Positions 13,596 through 26,658 of a DNA stretch of 64,000 nucleotides are shown piece by piece. Location of the stretch: the NCBI GenBank assembly GCA_951406725.2, contig OX597837.1, positions 31,868,001-31,932,000 on the forward strand. Direction: 5' to 3'. The translations under genes were made by a program, and so were the position numbers. The notes below the pieces were generated by a model. It was given only the letters and a program-made list of their open reading frames with translations, did no database searches and had not been told where the DNA came from. This stretch comes from Octopus vulgaris (lineage: Eukaryota). Numbering within the stretch: position 1 is the stretch's first letter; each line of letters opens with the position of its first letter.

Positions 13596-13630
13596 AGTAC
13601 CGGTTTCAGTCATTGAGACTTTTTCAACTG
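13596..13630 (-). ncRNA. Minimal hammerhead-like motif, U3-A8 core variant (also 33116-33150)
   Basis: Minus: cag UUGAAAA agtc-tcaat-gact GAAAC cg GUA ct. Stem I is only 2 bp. Confidence 0.4.
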
Positions 13631-13890
13631 TAAGTATTGAAAACAATTAAATCTTAGGAAAATTAAAAGAAAAGTTTTTTTTAAAAAGAATATTTGCATA
13701 GTGTTCAAATACAAGTGGCATTTTCCTTGTTTCTGCCTAAAGAATTGATATTAATTTGATGAATACCAATTTAAGCCACTGGACTAGCACATTGAAAAAT
13801 CTGAAGATTCAGAAAAATTATGTTGTTGCCCATGTTCGGAAATTTTCTTCTCCGGAAGTTTAATCTGTTATGCATATATCAAATACTACC

Positions 13891-13936
<46 letters not shown>

Positions 13937-13939
<3 letters not shown>

Positions 13940-14494
13940 GTTCTGAGGCAGTACCAGACAGTGCCTCTCATGGCTTCTGATCTTAACTGATTGGAAGTGT
14001 TATCACGTACGTTGTTTTGTCTTGGTATAAAAGATGGGCTACTGCAAATATTCTGCTCAATACCACAGATTTGCTTGTCAGTGGTTTGACCCTAACCAGT
14101 TGAGCATGTCCCTTAGTAGCTGACGATACGTGCATCTCTGATCATAAGCAGAAGTAGAGGGGGGAGTATCATTGCCGTGCGTTGAGAGGGATTCTTTGGG
14201 GTTTGAATAATTCAACTCTGGAAACATGGGTGTTTTGTTCTACATCCTTAAACAACCCTTATTCAGGGACCTATCGAGCAGGCTGATCTACTCAGCACGA
14301 AGAAAATTTTTACTAAGCCCCACCTGCAAGGTCATGTGCTGTTAATCTTGATATAAGATCACCATGATGCCCACATGTGGATGTGATGCTTGTGCCTGGT
14401 GTGCCCTCATGAGACAGCTAGTCATGATGGCTACATTGGGCTTCATATATTTTACCCCTGTGTCACTTTGATAGCAAGCGCTGCTCTCTCACTC
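13937..14494 (+). mobile_element. Non-coding ~560-bp dispersed repeat bounded by (AAT)n
   Basis: Ends ctctctcactc-(aat)n. Diverged reverse-strand copies at 49858-50343, 50365-50590 and ~52940-53065; duplicate at 33738-34307. Confidence 0.75.
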
Positions 14495-14554
<60 letters not shown>

Positions 14555-14584
14555 TGGACAAGAAACAATAAATCATATTATCTC

Positions 14585-15400
<816 letters not shown>

Positions 15401-15639
15401 ACTTTTCTACTCTAGGCACAAGACCCGAAATTTTTTTTGGGGGGACAGTCAATTAGATCGACCCAAGTATGCAACTGGTACTTAATGTTGATGTCGATGA
15501 TGACAACGACGACGATCATGATGAGGATGATGATTATTTCGGATTTTAAATCTGATTAAACAAATGTGTGTGTAAACCTGTATGAAATCAGATAAGTACC
15601 CCCAAAAACCTGATATTAGGCGACTTAACGAAAAGACAT

Positions 15640-16420
15640 CTGGAAAAGACTTTCTAACTAGAAAGGGTATGGCCTGGTCAGCCTGTAATGACATGCATAA
15701 GATCTGGTCATCAAATCTAAGTAGAGACTTCAAACTTGAAATCTTCAAAGCCACAGTCGAACCAATTCTACTATATGGCTCAGAAACCAGGACGTTATCA
15801 AAGAAGCTTGAGAGGCAGTTGGATGGAACTTACACTCGCCTTCTTATGAGAGCTCAAAATCTCTCGTGGAAGCGTCATCCAACCAAAGTACAAATATATG
15901 GGAAACTACCACCTGTGTCATCTCTTGTGAAAGGTAGGAGAGTCCAGTTTGCTGGACATTGTTGTAGAGCTGAAAAAGAGGTAATTTCTACTCTTCTCCT
16001 CTGGAAGCCATCTACTCGCAATACCTATTTCTTTACTACCCACAAGGGGCTAAACATAGAGGGGACAAACAAGGACAGACAAACTGATTAAGTCGATTAT
16101 ATCGACCCCAATGCATAACTGGTACTTAATTTATCGACCCCGAAAGGATGAAAGGCAAAGTCGACCTCAGTGGGATTTGATCTCAGAACGTAACGGCAGA
16201 CGAAATACGGCTACGCATTTAGCCCGGAGTGCTAACGATTCTGCCAGCTCACCACCCTATACTCGCAATACCAGAGGGCGCACACTCTCCTACCCTAATG
16301 TAATCTCCAGGGATACAGGCATCCAGCAACAGGACCTCCGTAATGCTATGATGGACCGTGAAGTCTGGCGTAGCATGGTAAGTTCCATTGTCTCGACAAC
16401 GGTCGAACAATGATGATGAC
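15640..16420 (+). pseudogene. 3' fragment of RTE-like LINE (region C-terminal to RT), interrupted by a SINE
   Basis: KDFLTRKGMAWSACNDMHKIWSS..FKATVEPILLYGSET..LDGTYTRLL..RRVQFAGHC..LLWKP|TRNTRGRTLSY..AMMDREVWR..EQ*, followed by a short (tga)n tail. Confidence 0.85.
16026..16259 (-). mobile_element. SINE family C inserted in the RTE fragment
   Basis: 13-bp TSD tactcgcaatacc at 16013-16025 and 16260-16272. Confidence 0.92.
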
Positions 16421-16703
16421 GAAGTACTTCGAGGAATACAATAAGATGGGGCGCTTCCATCTTTGAGAATACATTATTAAGTCAATAAAAACAGAAATTC
16501 GCTTGAGTGCTCCCTAATGTAGATTTGGAGGGACATAATATACAGGGACATGATATACAGGCCGCCGACATTACATCTTGATATATAGACTAGCGATATA
16601 ATTGTATAATGTAGGCACTAACTGCCTCAAAACACAATTCAAGACATATATATATATTGAAATGAAATACAAATTCGAAACCCATATATGTGCTTTGAAT
16701 TGT

Positions 16704-16790
<87 letters not shown>

Positions 16791-16791
16791 C

Positions 16792-16858
<67 letters not shown>

Positions 16859-16945
16859 TATACATTCGTGTGTGTTTGTGTGTATGTGTGTGTTATTGGT
16901 GAGCAAAAACGCTCGAACATAGAAGTGCTTGTCTAACTATTGGCT

Positions 16946-16993
<48 letters not shown>

Positions 16994-17037
16994 TATATAT
17001 ATACATTTATATATGTGTGTGTGTTTGCGTCTGTGTT

Positions 17038-17075
<38 letters not shown>

Positions 17076-17742
17076 ATTTATATTTATATTTATATTTATA
17101 TTTATATTTATATATACACACACATACACACACACATAATAGACAGAGGGAGAGATAATATTCTTTCTTTCTTGTTCTTTGTCTCTCCCATTTTAAAAAG
17201 GCGAGGTTAGCGACCATTTCTTAATTGTTTGAAAAAAAATATTTTCTTGGAACAATGCAAAGAAAAAAACCTGGTTCTGATTTGCCTTTAATTTATAAAC
17301 TTGGTTAATTAAACTCTATTTTACATGAAAACATGGCAATTCACTTGAATCATAATTTCGCAATTTTTTTTTTTCTTATTCCTTAACGATTCCTTTCACT
17401 TTCACCTCTTTTCCCATATTTTTTTTTTCCCTTTTTACATGTCTCGTCGTTATTTTCCATTTAAGGTTTTAGGTCTAAGTTTTTCACCATACATTTTTTT
17501 TTTAGATGTTTTCGAAATTTTGTTTTTAAGTTCTTTGTTTTTCCTCTTTTTAATATGTGTGTGTGTGTGTTTGTGTGCGTAACAAAATTATATGCCGTTC
17601 CGTCTTACCATTTATAAATAAAAAGAAGAATCTGTGTTTTTCAGTCTGGGACTTCTTACTATAGCAATATGGCATATTGTTACAACTCACCTTTGACATA
17701 TATTATCGTCCTAGGATATGCACGATAACTACACACACTCGT

Positions 17743-17779
<37 letters not shown>

Positions 17780-17835
17780 TCTCTTCACACAAACACATAT
17801 ATGAACACATGAATATATATATATATATATATATA

Positions 17836-18033
17836 TAGTGAAGGAAGAAATGGAGCCAAACGAAGATTCTACAAAATTCCTTTTTATTATTTTCTACACA
17901 TGTTTCAAAGGCTGCAAATTCCCAAATTCGGATTGAATAAGGAGACCATTCTGCAGCTTTTGAAACATGTGTAGAAAATAATAAAAAGGAATTTTGTAGA
18001 ATCTTCGTTCGGCTCCATTTCTTCCCTTCACTA
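17836..18033. mobile_element. ~200-bp palindromic Penelope-like remnant (allele lacking the ribozyme core)
   Basis: ~78-bp inverted arms tagtgaag..ttcaaaggctg / cagcttttgaa..cttcacta. 24 bp shorter than counterpart 37632-37854. Confidence 0.7.
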
Positions 18034-18187
18034 AATATATAAAACTTCAATTATCCGCGCTAAAGCACGGGGGCGAAACCCCATGGTCGTGGTTCCTCAA
18101 CCGTGTCTTTTCTGGTGTGATTTTTGCTACACAGGTATCGGTTAAATTTTGAATAATCCGTAACAAGATAATTCATTTATCCATTTC

Positions 18188-18230
<43 letters not shown>

Positions 18231-18632
18231 CACATATATATACATATTTGAGTAGTTGAATGAATTATCTTGTTATGGATAATTCGGTTAACCGATACCT
18301 GGGTAGCAAATTCACATCAGAGAAGACACGGTTGAAGTTACGTGCTTTCGTGTTGAAATTTGTATGTTTTTTAAAATTATAAATATACATATATATACAT
18401 ACATATATGTGTGTGTGTACTTGTGTGTGTGTGTATGTGTGTACATGCATACGTATCTGTTTTACTTCTTACATGTTTCAGTCATGTGACTGCGGCCATG
18501 CTGGGATACCGCATATATATTCATGTGGAAGCATGTGTGAATGTGCACTTATATATGTATATGCACACACGTATTTAAATATATGTATATACATCCCTGT
18601 AAGTCTGGCAGAAGCGACAGGCGCCTACTTTC

Positions 18633-19174
18633 TATTCTTTACTACCCACAAGGGGCTAAACACAGAGAGGACAAACAAGGACAGACAAACGGATTAAGTC
18701 GATTATATCGACCCCAGTGCGTAACGGGTAATTATTTAATCGACCCCGAAAGGATGAAAGGCAAAGTCGACCTCGGCGGAATTTGAACTCAGAACGTAGC
18801 GGCAGACGAAATACCTATTTCTTTATTACCCACAAGGAGCTAAACATAGAAGGGACAAACAAGAACAGACATAGGTATTAAGTCGATTACATCGACCCCA
18901 GTGCGTAACTGGTAATTGTGTAATCGACCCCGAAAGGATGAAAGGCAAAGTCGACCTCGGCGGAATTTGAACTCAGAACGTAGCGGCAGACGAAATACCT
19001 ATTTCTTTATTGCCCACAAGGGGCTAAACACAGAAGGGACAAACAAGAACAGACATAGGTATTAAGTCGATTACATCGACCCCAGTGCGTAACTGGTAAT
19101 TATGTAATCGACCCCGAAAGGATGAAAGGCAAAGTCGACCTCGGCGGAATTTGACCTCACAACGTAACGACAGA
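18633..19174 (-). mobile_element. SINE family C, three tandem body units, headless
   Basis: Three ~185-bp units joined at gacgaaatacctatttc. Counterpart 38475-38833 has two units. Confidence 0.88.
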
Positions 19175-19386
19175 TATATTACTGCCTGACCATCGGGCCT
19201 TGCCCCCGTTCCCCTTCAACCAGCCTAGAGTAGTTGTTCTTTCCTTAAAAGGAAAGCATGCTATTGCTTAGACGCACAATTTGCTGTCAACACCTGCTAA
19301 GCTAATTCATTATGTTCGCTCATGCCCTGAAGCAGCATCAGCAGCAGCTCCTTGACAGTGAACAGGTGTGTTTGGCGTTTGTCAGT

Positions 19387-19767
19387 GGAGGCGCAATGGC
19401 CCAGTGGTTAGGGCAGCGGACTCGCGGTCATAGGATCGCGGTTTCGATTCCCAGACCGGGCGTTGTGAGTGTTTATTGAGCAAAAACACCTAAAGTTCCA
19501 CGAGGCTCCGGCAGGGGATGGTGGTGATCCCTGCTGTACTCTTTCACCACAACTTTCTCTCACTCTTACTTCCTGTTTCTGTTGTACCTGTATTTCAAAG
19601 GGCCGGCCTTGTCACTCTCTGTGTCACGCTGAATATCCCCGAGAACTACGTTAAGCGTACACGTGTCTGTGGAGTGCTCAGCCACTTACACGTTAATTTC
19701 ACGAGCAGGCTGTTCCGTTGATCGGATCAACCGGAACCCTCATCGTCGTAACCGACGGAGTGCTTCC
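19387..19767 (+). mobile_element. SINE family B, full length (also 39046-39426)
   Basis: TSD ttgg(c/t)gtttgtcag at 19372-19385 and 19769-19782. Confidence 0.92.
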
Positions 19768-19999
19768 ATTGGTGTTTGTCAGATGGGTCTCCACTGCTTG
19801 TGTCTTCAGCACAGCTTGGGTCAGCAAAAACTGAAACAGGAAATTTAGATAAAGGGACGACATTTTCAGAACACTGAGAATCGATGAAAACTAACTGGCT
19901 GGTTTGTTTCGAAGCAGTTCGGGGCCGGCACCCATAGATATTTTCCAGAAATCCTTGGCCTAACCGTGTTAACGGGAAGCATTGTTGGTTCGAGATAAA

Positions 20000-20331
20000 A
20001 GGGGTAAAGACCCCTTCGGTCATGAGTGACCATAGGATTGCACCTAGAAAGTTACCTCCTAGACACAAGTCCGGGCAAGGTTGTTTTTATGGAAGACCAG
20101 CAGTCGCCCATGCATACCAGCCTCCCCTCTCCACGCCACCAGTGTTATCCAAGGGAAAGACAAAGGTCGATACAGCTTGGCACCTGTGACGTCGCAACTC
20201 ATTTCTACAGCTGAGTGAACTGGAGCAACGTGCAATAAAGTGCCTTGCTCAAGAAAACAACACGCAGCCCGGTCCGGGATTCGAGCTCACAACCTCACGA
20301 TCGTAAGCTCGACGCTCTAACCACTGAGTCC
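20000..20331 (-). mobile_element. tRNA-derived SINE family E (also ~39659-39991)
   Basis: Minus: ctcagtggttagagcgtcgagcttacgatcgtgaggttgtgagctcgaatccc, then cttgagcaaggcacttt..cactcagctgtagaaatgagt. The empty site is preserved at ~21865 (gagataaactcta). Short TSD taaa. Confidence 0.85.
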
Positions 20332-20356
20332 TAAACTCTACATAAATAAAAGGACT

Positions 20357-20690
20357 GTCAGCTATACCTCTCCACGATTCGAGAAGGTTCATGAAACCGT
20401 TCTGCATGCATTTGTCCAGTGCCCGAGCATTTCCGACTTGAAGAATTATACTCTACAGCTGCTATCACGGTTGGAATGAATTCGGTTATGGCCATCTTTG
20501 GCAGGGGAGACAGGAAGCTTTTTAGCCGGCGGCTTTGGTGAAAGAGGTAGTGTGGTGGACGAGATTGAAAGATACTACCCTCTTTGCACAAACCCTCATC
20601 AAATTTTCGAGTTTCACTTGAAGAGCAAAATGAAGGTGGGGAGGAAAGACTAGCCTCTAAGCAAGATGAGAATGACGAGTTTGGTCCGAT
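20357..20690 (+). pseudogene. Degenerate C-terminal fragment of a Tx1/L1-like LINE ORF2 (also ~40017-40350)
   Basis: SPRFEKVHETVLHAFVQC (eroded CxxC-ETxxH-C knuckle), then VKEVVWWTRLK and FEFHLKSKMKV in shifted frames. Confidence 0.55.
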
Positions 20691-21263
20691 ATGGAATACT
20701 TTGTGGCATCTGTAATTCCGAACTTTTTCATATTTTGTTCGCCAAAGTCCCTTTAATAAATACAATCGTCGAGAGGTCCTACAGGTGCATGCACTGGCAA
20801 GAACACACTTTTCACTCATATGAATAATGATTAATATAGATAACCCCTTGAATTTTAATTAATATAACTTCTTTTTTTATATATTAACATACTCTGAGTG
20901 TGCAATAGTAGATTGGAAGAAGACAAACGGAAAAGGCGTTTGCCTTAGTGCCAAGGTAACCGTGGATTTTGTTGGGTTCCATGAATAGCCCTCAGAGGAT
21001 CCTCCCCTTTTAGAGAAATTTTCTTTGCTCGAATTTGTCTTCATGTTATGTATCTGGAACTCGGCTTAAGTTCCAGTTCGGCTTTTAATAAATCCCGTAG
21101 TTAATCAACCGTATGAATGATTTAAATCTAAGAATCCAATATTTGTTTAATCCATAACGTTTCACAAGATTTAACGAATATCTTCTATGTAAACGCCAAT
21201 TTCACATTTTACGAACTTTCCAAATCTGCCTCATTTGTTCAATGGGTTCTCTATGGCTGGAGC

Positions 21264-21972
21264 GTAGAGGCGGAATGGCCCAGTGGTTAGGGCAGCGGAC
21301 TCGCGGTCATAGGATTGCGGTTTTGATTCGTTGTGAGTGTTTATTGAGCGAAAACACCTAAAAGTTCCACGAGGCTCCGGCAGGGGATGGTGGTGATCCA
21401 TGCTGTACTCCTTCACCACAACTTTCTCTCACTCTTTCTTCCTGTTTCTGTTGTACCTGTATTTCAAATGGCCAGCCTTGTCACTCTCTGTGTCACGCTG
21501 AATATCCCCGAGAACTACGTTAAGGGTACACGTGTCTGTGGAGTGCCCAGCCACTTACACGTTAATTTCACGAGCAGGCTGTTCCGTTGAATGGATCAAC
21601 CGGAACCCTCATCGTCGTAACCGACGGAGTGCTTCCATTGGCGTTTGTCAGATGGGTCTCCACTGCTTGTGTCTTCAGCACAGCTTGGGTCAGCAAAAAC
21701 TGAAACAGGAAATTTAGACAAAGGGACGACATTTTCAGAACACTGAGAATCGATAAAAACTAACTGGCTAGTTTGTTTCGAAGTAGTTTGGGGCCGGCAC
21801 CCATAGATATTTTCCAGAAATCCTTGGCCTAACCGTGTTAACGGGAAGCATTGTTGGTTCGAGATAAACTCTATATAAAAAAAAGGACTGAAAAAAGGAA
21901 TTTCAGGAGCAGGCTGTTCCGTTGATTCGGATCAACCGGAACCCTCGTCGTCGTAACCGACGGAGTGCTTGC
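21264..21972 (+). mobile_element. Composite SINE B carrying captured flank plus a second tail (also 40922-41630)
   Basis: TSD atggctggagc at 21253-21263 and 21973-21983 encloses SINE B, then 21638-21890 (copy of the 19769-20356 flank without SINE E), then another SINE B tail at 21899-21972. Confidence 0.85.
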
Positions 21973-22505
21973 ATGGCTGGAGCAAGACTACTGTTGTTTT
22001 GTATTTGTTCATCAGCATCTGTAGTTCATCCCGCCCTTATCTTCACAAGAATATAATGTCAGTGTTTGTTTGTGATTGTCGTCGTTACTGTAAACAAGAA
22101 TTACCAGAACATTGTTTCTTTTCCTTCATATCATCCCTTAATCACAACAATTTTAAACCATTTACTTAAGTGTGTGTATACATATATACATATATATATA
22201 CATATATGTATACATATATATATATGGATACATATATACATATATATATACATATATGTATACAAATATACATATATATGTATACATATATACATATATA
22301 CCTACATGCTTACGCATGCACACACATATACATGCACACGTATATAAAACTGTATACACACACACACATATATATACATATATGCATACATATATATATA
22401 TATATATATATATCGTCCCAAAGATAGTGACCACCCCACCTAGAAAAGTTTATATCGCTTACTCAGTGTTTGCGTTTGTATGCATGTATAATATATGTGT
22501 ATGCA

Positions 22506-22562
<57 letters not shown>

Positions 22563-22587
22563 TTATATACACTTGTATTTGTATGTA

Positions 22588-22631
<44 letters not shown>

Positions 22632-22688
22632 TACATATATGTATGTATATATATTACATGTATGTACATATATACATATTATATATAA

Positions 22689-22721
<33 letters not shown>

Positions 22722-22917
22722 CTTACATAAATACAGAGAAATATATATAAACACATATATGCATACATGTCTGCGTGTATACATACATATATACATACAT
22801 ACAAACATACATTCATAATACATACATGCATGCATACAAACATACATACATACATACATACATACATACATACATACATACATACATACATACATACATA
22901 CATACACACACACACGA

Positions 22918-22961
<44 letters not shown>

Positions 22962-23407
22962 CCAGCAAAAACTCATCGCACAGATAGTGCCCACTCCTAT
23001 TCCATAGCAACGTGACACAAACTACTACGGGTGTTCCGATTGTTGAAATAACAGCTGACGTAAACAGTTCCAACTTTTCAATTCTGGTGATAACTGATAA
23101 GAAGCAAACACATTCCTATCTTTCTAACAGACAATACGAAAGCTGTAACAGACTACACAGAAACACTATTAGCCTGGAGATAAAGCTATGACCATCTACA
23201 AACGCTGAAGGTCGTAAGAATTTATTGTTCCTGCAAAAAATGTAACAGACTTGTTTGGATGTGTGAAAATTTTTTAAATATAATAGTTACATTCGGTTTA
23301 ACAATAATATTCATCCGTACACACCTTTTTCACACATTAACATACAAATATATCACTGTATGCTCATACACACACACACTTATGTGCTAACATACACATC
23401 TGTATTA

Positions 23408-23554
<147 letters not shown>

Positions 23555-24816
23555 CAGGGTGTCCCCAAAAAATGTATACACACCTTAAATAATTGTAAAT
23601 TTGGGGTTTATTATAATTCGAATAATTTTCAACATGTAAAAAGATTTACAAATATCATTCTATTGTCTTGTTATCGCATGTTCTCAAACTGATGTCCGTT
23701 CTGCTCCAGACACTGCTGACAACGCGAAGCGATGGAATGGCACACATCATGGAACAATTCCCTTTGGATATTCGTACATTCATGTTCAATGGTTGCCCTC
23801 AATTGAACGACTGTTGCAGGTTCTGTGCGTAGACTTTGTCCTTTAGGTATCCCTATAAAAAGACGTCTAGTGGTGTGAGGTCTGGTGAACGTGGAGGGTA
23901 TTCGACAAAACCTCTCCGTCCAATCCACCTGTTTGGCAAGATCCCATCAAGAAAGGATCTAACATCGCGATGGTAGTGTGGAGGTGCCCCATCTTGCTGG
24001 AAATAAAACTCTTCCTGTTCAAAGTCCTCTCTAATGCTTGGCATGACAGACTGTTGCAGCAAGTTCAAGTAAACAGGACCAGTCACAGTAGCGTCAAAAA
24101 AGAAAGGTCCAATTAATCCTCGTGAAAATAAGCCATACCACACTATAATTCCTGGTAAATTAACATGGTGGTCGACCATAACATGTGGATTCTCAGGTCC
24201 CCAGAAGGTGCAATTGTGTCTGTTAATCGAACCATTTAATTTGAATGTGGCCTCATCACTCCACACAATCTTTGTAGGAAAGTGTGCATCTTCGTTACAT
24301 CGTTCCAAGTACCACTCGCAATACTGTACTCTTCGGTCTGGATCATCGTCATTAAGAGCATGGACTAATCTTGGAATGTAACTTCTCCATTGACAACGTT
24401 TCATGATGCGATGGACAGATGATTTTGAAATGCCTACCTCACGACTAGCTTGCCGCAAAGACTTTATTGGACTTCGTTGAAAAGTTTCCAGTAATCTTTC
24501 TTCTTTCGTGGGGCTTGTCGATGTACGTGGTCTTCTAGAACGCTTCTTATGGACGTCCTGAACAGTTCCATCGGCTTCAAACTTATCTCTAATTCCAGTG
24601 ATGGTAACTCGTGTTGGTGGTTCTTTGTTAAACTCCCTCCTAAATTGTCTTTGCACTTCTGCGTTTTCATACTTCCAGTAGCATTTTGGAATAAATTTCC
24701 TTTCTTCAAAGTCAGGTCTGGCTGCCATCACTCGGTTCAATGGGTTCAGTCTATAAAGAAAGAATAAATAATTGAGTTATCAGCTGCGAAAATGTGTAGA
24801 CATTTTTTGGGACACG

Positions 24817-24819
<3 letters not shown>
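23555..24819 (-). mobile_element. Tc1/mariner-superfamily DNA transposon, DD41D type, copy 1
   Basis: Imperfect ~28-bp TIRs cagggtgtccccaaaaaatgtatacaca / tgtgtagacattttttgggacacgctg. Inserted in (TA)n. 1265 bp. Confidence 0.93.
23671..24728 (-). pseudogene. DD41D transposase, disrupted by a TGG>TAG stop at 23853 and a downstream frameshift
   Basis: HTH region [37 protein letters not shown] and [12 protein letters not shown]. The C-terminus (..[14 protein letters not shown]) is in another frame. Confidence 0.9.
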
Positions 24820-24878
<59 letters not shown>

Positions 24879-24882
<4 letters not shown>

Positions 24883-25486
24883 AAAATGGTAAATAATTTT
24901 CCTGTGGTTTTTTATGTAACCAACAATTATTTACCGGTAAATTTCGGTATGTAAATACGACAAAATAATTGTCAAGACCTTTGTAAGGTTCAGTATATAG
25001 TAAAGAAAAATAAGTTGGCTAGCAGCAAGCTGTTTCGCCTCATACCGAAGGAATTAGAAATGGCAGTCAAAGACCGTTTTTTCCATTTCTATAAGTGGAG
25101 GTTCCATTACGATTACCCAGAAGGCGCGCATGGCAGAATTCTGGAGGGAAAATTTACGTTCCCAGTCGTTTACTTGGTTTTAACATCTGCGCACTTCCCC
25201 CCACTATCTGATGTCGCTGGGTCAGAAGTGAGGGTTGGTGGCATTTGATAAAGCTAACGAATATAGCGCTGATGAAGGAATTCAAACTCACCCTTTTTTT
25301 TATATGTTTGTGATCCAGAAACACCGTGTTCGCTATTAACGGTAGGTGACTGAATTCGTGTATTTGCCACTCCGGTTTTGTGTATGTGAGCCGCAAGGGC
25401 CTTCGTTTTTGGAACCTCCACTTATAGAAATGGAAAAAACGGTCTTTGACTGCAATTTCTAATTCCTTCGGTATGAGGCGAAACTG

Positions 25487-25488
<2 letters not shown>
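24879..25488 (+). mobile_element. Copy-1-specific insert in (TA)n: Penelope-like remnant with inverted terminal duplication
   Basis: 75-bp inverted arms at 25032-25106 and 25410-25484. Absent from the corresponding (TA)n at 44529-44650. Contains a hammerhead motif. Confidence 0.7.
25263..25336 (+). ncRNA. Type I hammerhead ribozyme candidate, canonical core
   Basis: Stem I atagcg/cgctat; CUGAUGA at 25269-25275; interrupted stem II gga..caaac/gtttg..tcc; GAAA at 25318-25321; stem III ACA-ccg-UGU; GUU triplet with predicted cleavage at 25330/25331. Confidence 0.72.
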
Positions 25489-25579
<91 letters not shown>

Positions 25580-25612
25580 CATATATATATACATATATAT
25601 ATAAATATATAT

Positions 25613-25836
25613 TTACTCTTTTACTCTTTTACTTGTTTCAGTCATTTGACTGCGGCCATGCTGGAGCACCGCCTTTAGTCGAGCAAATCGACCCCGGGAC
25701 TTATTCTTTGTAAGCCCAGTACTTATTCTATCGGTCTCTTTTGCCGAACCGCTAAGTGACAGGGACGTAAACACACCAGCATCGGTTGTCAAGCAATGCT
25801 AGGGGAACAAACACAGACACACAAACACATACACAC

Positions 25837-25884
<48 letters not shown>

Positions 25885-26041
25885 GATAGGCTTCTTTCAG
25901 TTTCCGTCTACCAAATCCACTCACAAGACATTGGTCGGCCCGGGGCTATAGCAGAAGACACTTGCCCAACATGCCACGCAGTGGGACTGAACCCGGAACC
26001 ATGTCGTTGGTTAGCAAGCTACTTACTACACAGCCACTCCT
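25613..26041 (-). mobile_element. SINE family A, near full length
   Basis: Reverse complement of family A, including the tail and internal TA tract. Confidence 0.9.
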
Positions 26042-26068
26042 GTATATATATATATATATACATAGAGG

Positions 26069-26104
<36 letters not shown>

Positions 26105-26484
26105 AACACACACACACTCATGTACTTAAATTCGCACTTTATATGCATATATGTATATATAAAAAAAGAGATTAAAGGTGAAATACTTTAAATGGTTTCT
26201 ATGTAGAAAAATAAACCAGGCTGAAAGAAAATTGGACTGTTCCAGATATAGAAATCGAGATATAAAACTCCGTTCTTCAACAAACCGTCACTAAACCAAT
26301 TTGTAAAGTTTAGTCACCAAGTAAAATTAGTATGTTATTACAGAGTATTATAGAAAAAGCACAAAAGTAATGATAGTTAACCATTTTAATTTAGGAAGCT
26401 TACACACGTTTCAGATAAGACTGGATGGACTAGTACAGAGAGATAACAGGCGCAGGAGTGGCTGTGTGGTAAGTAACTTGTTTA

Positions 26485-26584
26485 NNNNNNNNNNNNNNNN
26501 NNNNNNNNNNNNNNNNNNNNNNNNNNNNNNNNNNNNNNNNNNNNNNNNNNNNNNNNNNNNNNNNNNNNNNNNNNNNNNNNNNNN
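26485..26584. other. Assembly gap (100 N)
   Basis: Run of n. Confidence 1.
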
Positions 26585-26627
26585 ATTATACACCCACTCA
26601 CGCATACAAACAGATATATATTTGTGC

Positions 26628-26658
<31 letters not shown>

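Noticed and set aside
13640-13890. Possible GIY-YIG coding remnant upstream of the U3-A8 motif (minus-strand KISEHGQQHNF)
   Set aside because: Too short and interrupted by stops to support without a profile search.
18633-19174. CRISPR-like or satellite array
   Set aside because: Units are ~185-bp SINE C bodies with no unique spacers, in a eukaryotic context with no cas genes.
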